Source: Eledone cirrhosa (lineage: Eukaryota). Taken from it: a DNA stretch of 64,000 nt. The first letter of the stretch is position 1; each line of letters opens with the position of its first letter. Of this stretch, positions 58,808 to 64,000 are shown one piece after another. The stretch covers positions 26,226,001-26,290,000 of the forward strand of contig OZ024742.1 of NCBI GenBank assembly GCA_964016885.1, given 5' to 3'. The translations under genes were made by a program, and so were the position numbers. The notes beneath the pieces are model-generated. The model was given only the letters and a program-made list of their open reading frames with translations. It searched no databases and was not told the DNA's origin.

Positions 58808-60349
58808 GAGAGAATTTAGTATATCTACTAACATATGCGTACAGATGTACGCTAATGCTAGCAAATACACAGGTTATGTCATAGTACCTAGGTGGTTCAA
58901 TGCAGGAGGATGCAGAACAATAATATAAAAGACGTAAAATAAGAAAATTAAAAAAACTTTTAAAAAAAATTAACTTACTAAAATTTTCACTCCAACTAAT
59001 TAGTTTCTGCAATGGGATAAAGACAGTTACGTAATATAACTGTCGAGAATTGCGTCATCAGGGAGTCTATTCTCAGCTAAGTCTCCAGGCAATGCGCGGA
59101 CACTGGGGACTAATATAAAAATAATAATAATTCGGTAGATGGAACAGCTAGCGGGGACTGGATTCCATGCACTGAAAAGCTTGCTGTCTCTGGTCAAATG
59201 GCAGATTCTAAAGAATCAATCACGTGACACTGAGGCTAGTCGGTAGGAGTGGGATGGTAAGATGACAGAAGCCTACTATCACACCAATAAATTAGTACCG
59301 GTTTTGGCAGGTTTGCTCAACAAATAAATAATTTGGAGATAAATATAGAGAATTTAGTATATCTACTAACATATGCGTACAGATGTACGCTAATGCTAGC
59401 AAATACACAGGTTATGTCATGGTACCTAGGTGGTTCAATGCAGGAGGATGCAGAACAATAATATAAAAGACGTAAAATAAGAAAATTAAAAAAAAATTAA
59501 AAAAAATTATCTTACTAAAATTTTCACTCCAACTAATTAGTTTCTGCAATGGGATAAAGACAGTTACGTAATATAACTGTCGAGAATTCATTGCGTCATC
59601 AGGGAGTCTATTCTCAGCTAAGTCTCCAGGCAATGCGCGGACACTGGGGACTCATATAAAAATAATAATAATTCGGTAGATGGAACAGCTAGCGGGGACT
59701 GGATTCCATGCACTGAAAAGCTCGCTGTCTCTGGTCAAATTGCAGATTCTAAAGAATCAATCACGTGACACTGAGGCTAGTCGGTAGGAGTGGGATGGTA
59801 AGATGACAGAAGCCTACTATCACACCAATAAATTAGTAGTGGTTTTGGCACATATGACATAACCTGTGTATTTGCTAGCATTAGCGTACATCTGTACGCA
59901 TATGTTAGTAGATATACTAAATTCTCTATATTTACCTCCAAATTACTTATTTGTTGAGCAAACCTGCCAAAACCGCTACTAATTTATTGGTGTGATAGTA
60001 GGCTTCTGTCATCTTACCATCCCACTCCTACCGACTAGCCTCAGTGTCACGTGATTGATTCTTTAGAATCTGCCATTTGACCAGAGACAGCGAGCTTTTC
60101 AGTGCATGGAATCCAGTCCCCGCTAGCTGTCCCATCTACCGAATTATTATTATTTTTATATGAGTCCCCAGTGTCCGCGCATTGCCTGGAGACTTAGCTG
60201 AGAATAGACTCCCTGATGACGCAATGAATTCTCGACAGTTATATTACGTAACTGTCTTTATCCCATTGCAGAAACTAATTAGTTGGAGTGAACATTTTAT
60301 TAAGTAAGTTAATTTTTTTAAAATGTTTATAAAATGTTCTTATTTTACG

Positions 60350-60356
<7 letters not shown>
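58808..60356 (-). mobile_element. Non-coding ~540-bp HHR-bearing repeat (family R2, diverged relative of R1): ~2 tandem units plus one inverted unit
   Basis: AGAATTTAGTATATCTACTAAC at 58811 and 59349; 59852-60356 is the reverse complement; HHRs at 58989-59066 (minus) and 59526-59607 (minus). Confidence 0.8.
60208..60289 (+). ncRNA. Type I hammerhead (family R2)
   Basis: ACTCC-CTGATGA-C-GCAATG...[GACAGTTA/TAACTGTC hairpin]...CATTGC-A-GAAA-CTAATTAG-TT-GGAGT. Confidence 0.75.
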
Positions 60357-60440
<84 letters not shown>

Positions 60441-61082
60441 TGAAGTTAGTCCTTCATCAGTGATCTTCCAACCATAATTGGTATGTCATCGCTTTAAAGA
60501 CCATATACCTCCTGTTGGTGCGTGCAGCGGCTAAAGAAAGTCGTTGGGACACGTAAATAAGGGGAACGAGCGAGAGTGTAAACAAACAAAGATGGTAAAG
60601 CAATGAAAAGTGAGTAAGAAAGAGTCAATTTCCAGATTTCCATGAATATAAGTTCGGTGAAATCGTAAACGAGAGAGGATAAAGACCATCAAACCTAGTC
60701 GAAATGTGAGCAAGGAAGGAATTCCGCACAGGTCAAACGGGAGGAAGAAGAGAGGAATTGGGTGAACATAAGTTCTGTGAAACCGTAGACGAGAGAGAGA
60801 AAAGTGGAACAAGCTTGGTCAAGCTTGTGAGAGAAAAGAATTACGCACAGGTCAAACGGGAGGAAGTAGGAGAGGTAGTAGCAGAGAGTGAGTGAGTGAA
60901 GGGTGAGGAAGAGGCTAACAGATAGAGTGAGTGTTAGAGAGGGTAAAATACAGAGAAAGAGGAAGCAGTAAGAACGAAATAGACGGGTCACAGCGGGGGG
61001 GGGGGATATATGTATAAATATGAGAATAAACGTGCTGCGTGGTTGTATATGGGTTACATATGAATAAAGTTTGTCCTTCTTC

Positions 61083-61142
<60 letters not shown>

Positions 61143-61266
61143 AAATATTTATAATTATTTATATAGATATATTTATATATATATAATTATTTATATAGAT
61201 ATATTTATATATATATAATTATATATATGTATATTTATATATAAATATAGAATTATTTATATTTAA

Positions 61267-61303
<37 letters not shown>

Positions 61304-61330
61304 TTTATATATATATATACATATTTGTTT

Positions 61331-61426
<96 letters not shown>

Positions 61427-62050
61427 TTTTGCTTAAAATCCTAAACAAATTAAAATAATATACAGTAATGCAAATATATTCTCTCATACATCATTCCAAG
61501 AACATGCATTCATCATATGTACAGCCACACACCTATTCCTAAACATACAGGTATACATATAAAATGCACACGTTTATAAATAAGCACAGCCACATATATA
61601 CAGACAGGCACCAACACCTCTAATTCCGTTATATCTTTAATCTATTCACTTCTCGTCTTGGTAATTGCATTAGTAAAACAGCTGCACTAGAGTTATGATT
61701 CTGGTTTTCTAGTAAGTTTCTTTTGCTAAGTGAATTAAACCTTTATTCAGACAACACACAACAAGAAGAAAAACATAATCAAATATCATTATTATTATTA
61801 ATATTATTATTATTATTATTATCATCATTATTATTATAGTTGTTGTTGTTATTTTTTTTATTCCTATGTGTAACAATTAGATATAAAAAGAAATGTCTTT
61901 AAAAAAATGGTAGAAAACATCCCATAAACTATTCGCTGATTTGATTCATTATTAATTATTTCGACGGTAATTTTTCACTGTTCATGTCTTGTCTGACAGG
62001 TTACAATCCCACCAGATTTGGTATATACCAGCTTCGTTTATCTAGTTATT

Positions 62051-62086
<36 letters not shown>

Positions 62087-62120
62087 GAGAGAGAGAGCGA
62101 AAGAGAGAGAGAGGGATATG

Positions 62121-62196
<76 letters not shown>

Positions 62197-62940
62197 TGTG
62201 TATTTGTGTATGTACACGAAACAGTTCTCTCACCTACAAAATCATCACACACCACTATAGCGTTGCAATGACAACACGTAATGGTTCACAGGTCTCTCTC
62301 TATCACACACACATCAGAAATATACACATTTCTCTAACCCAGAAACTGACATATAAAGAGGATGGTACAAAGAAGACTATACAATTTAGAGTTGGTTTGT
62401 ATGAACATGTTGGACAGACATAGTCTGCAGTATAAAGCTTGTCTCAAACTAGGAGGCTCGTGAAGGCGATATGCTTATCGAGTTACCTGACATGAGCCAA
62501 CTGAGAGTTCAGGATATCGTAGGTTTAAATCCCCAGCTGTTGCTGGTACTCGTTTTCAGCTGAATATACTGGAGCCACATCAAATGAACACGACACACAG
62601 CCCAGGAATCGAACCTAAGTTCATAATATTACAAGGCCACGCATTTCAATGAACAGAAAATACCAAAAACAAAAGATAAAAGAGTATTTAATCGAAGTCC
62701 TGAATATAGGCGAGATTTACTTGAGGCCAAACACCCAAAACCCCAATCCTCTTGCTTTCTCTCAATAGTTATATTTTTCGGCATACATGCAAATGCAACT
62801 GGGTACAGTTTCTTTTGCAACCTTGAACAAATGCTCGGGAATTAGTAGTGCAGCAACTAATTCTATAATTTCACCTTTCCTCCTATGTGAATCTTGATAA
62901 CAACATTTAATCTCTCCCTTTCTCCCTAACAAATAAAACC

Positions 62941-63008
<68 letters not shown>

Positions 63009-63040
63009 GTTGTATTTGTTACTTTTTTAATTACTTTGAC

Positions 63041-63076
<36 letters not shown>

Positions 63077-63077
<1 letters not shown>

Positions 63078-63447
63078 TTAAAACAATGAAATAAAAATTA
63101 AAGTCGTTAGGAAAATACTTCACTGCTTTACGATTGTTTCTAGGGGATAATAATACATCGTACGCATATTTCATTAACGATCTATGTAAGGTTAGTTACA
63201 AAATATCAGATAAGAAGAATATTTAGCTACTTGTATATCATCAGCTGTTGTCAAAAGCAATCATTGCTTTTGACAACAGCTGATGATATACAGGTAGCTG
63301 AATATTCTCCTTATCTGATATGTTGTAACTAACCTTACATAGATCGATAATGAAATATGCGTACGATGTATTATTATCCCCTACAAACGATCGTAAAGCA
63401 GTGAAATATTTTCCTAACGACTTTAACTTTTATTTCATTGTTTTAAC
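63077..63447. repeat. ~370-bp palindrome with a 1-nt centre, adjacent to (TA)n
   Basis: ...CTGTTGTCAAAAGCAAT-C-ATTGCTTTTGACAACAG... centred at 63262; arms ~94% complementary by eye. Confidence 0.9.
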
Positions 63448-63838
63448 GTATATCATTACACTGTTTTCCTTTTTATGATTTTTTTTGTTTTCCGGGCTTT
63501 ATTTTAACCTACAGCATTATCAACATATGGATTACATTGAGTTCTTCATGCAGACTAGACCCCATAACTAACTGTGGATAATTCTGTATATATATAAATA
63601 TATATACGCAGATGTATTTGTCACTTTTTTATTACTTTTACGTGTATATATATGTATATATACACATGTAGATAGATAGAAAGATATATACATATGTATA
63701 TGTGTGTGAATATATACATACACACATATATATATATATATGTATGTAAAACATACATATGTATATACATACATATGTATATATATAAGTGTATATATTT
63801 GTACATAATACTTTTTGTATGAGTGTGTGCGTATATAC

Positions 63839-63899
<61 letters not shown>

Positions 63900-64000
63900 A
63901 TTTGAATGTATTACTTAGAGAATGCAATGATTCGTTGATGAAAACATCAAAACAATCCCTCAATTATCGATATCTCCGGCCCAGACAGCTTCCATTGATA

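Noticed and set aside
60440-61085. CTGATGAAGGAC and CTGAAGAAGGAC on the minus strand (similar motif at 39136 on plus) as hammerheads
   Set aside because: No matching GAAA or closing stems found; at best truncated remnants

Overview
AT-rich, microsatellite-saturated animal genomic DNA with dozens of (TA)n, (CA)n and (GA)n tracts. The repeat content resembles an octopus or other cephalopod genome; that is an inference. I found no host exon I can support, and most ORF-track entries are YIYI/THTH/CVCV artefacts. The window is almost entirely mobile DNA. It holds one near-full-length Penelope-like element (PLE; RT plus C-terminal GIY-YIG, probably Naiad clade) with ~470-bp pseudo-LTRs at 48.7-52.9 kb, four more PLE fragments, an RTE-type LINE cluster at 14.8-18.9 kb, tRNA-derived SINEs and a possible hAT-like shell. 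It also holds many short non-coding tandem or inverted repeat elements sitting in (TA)n tracts. Main result: folding by eye finds about ten sequence-unrelated families of type I hammerhead ribozyme (HHR) motifs, over 20 copies, in these elements. Several have non-canonical cores: a U3-A8 swap (UUGANAA) in two families, a U4A core (CAGAAGA), and recurrent U.U or C.A mismatches at the base of stem II. Several folds show compensatory changes between copies. All folds are manual and cleavage activity is untested.
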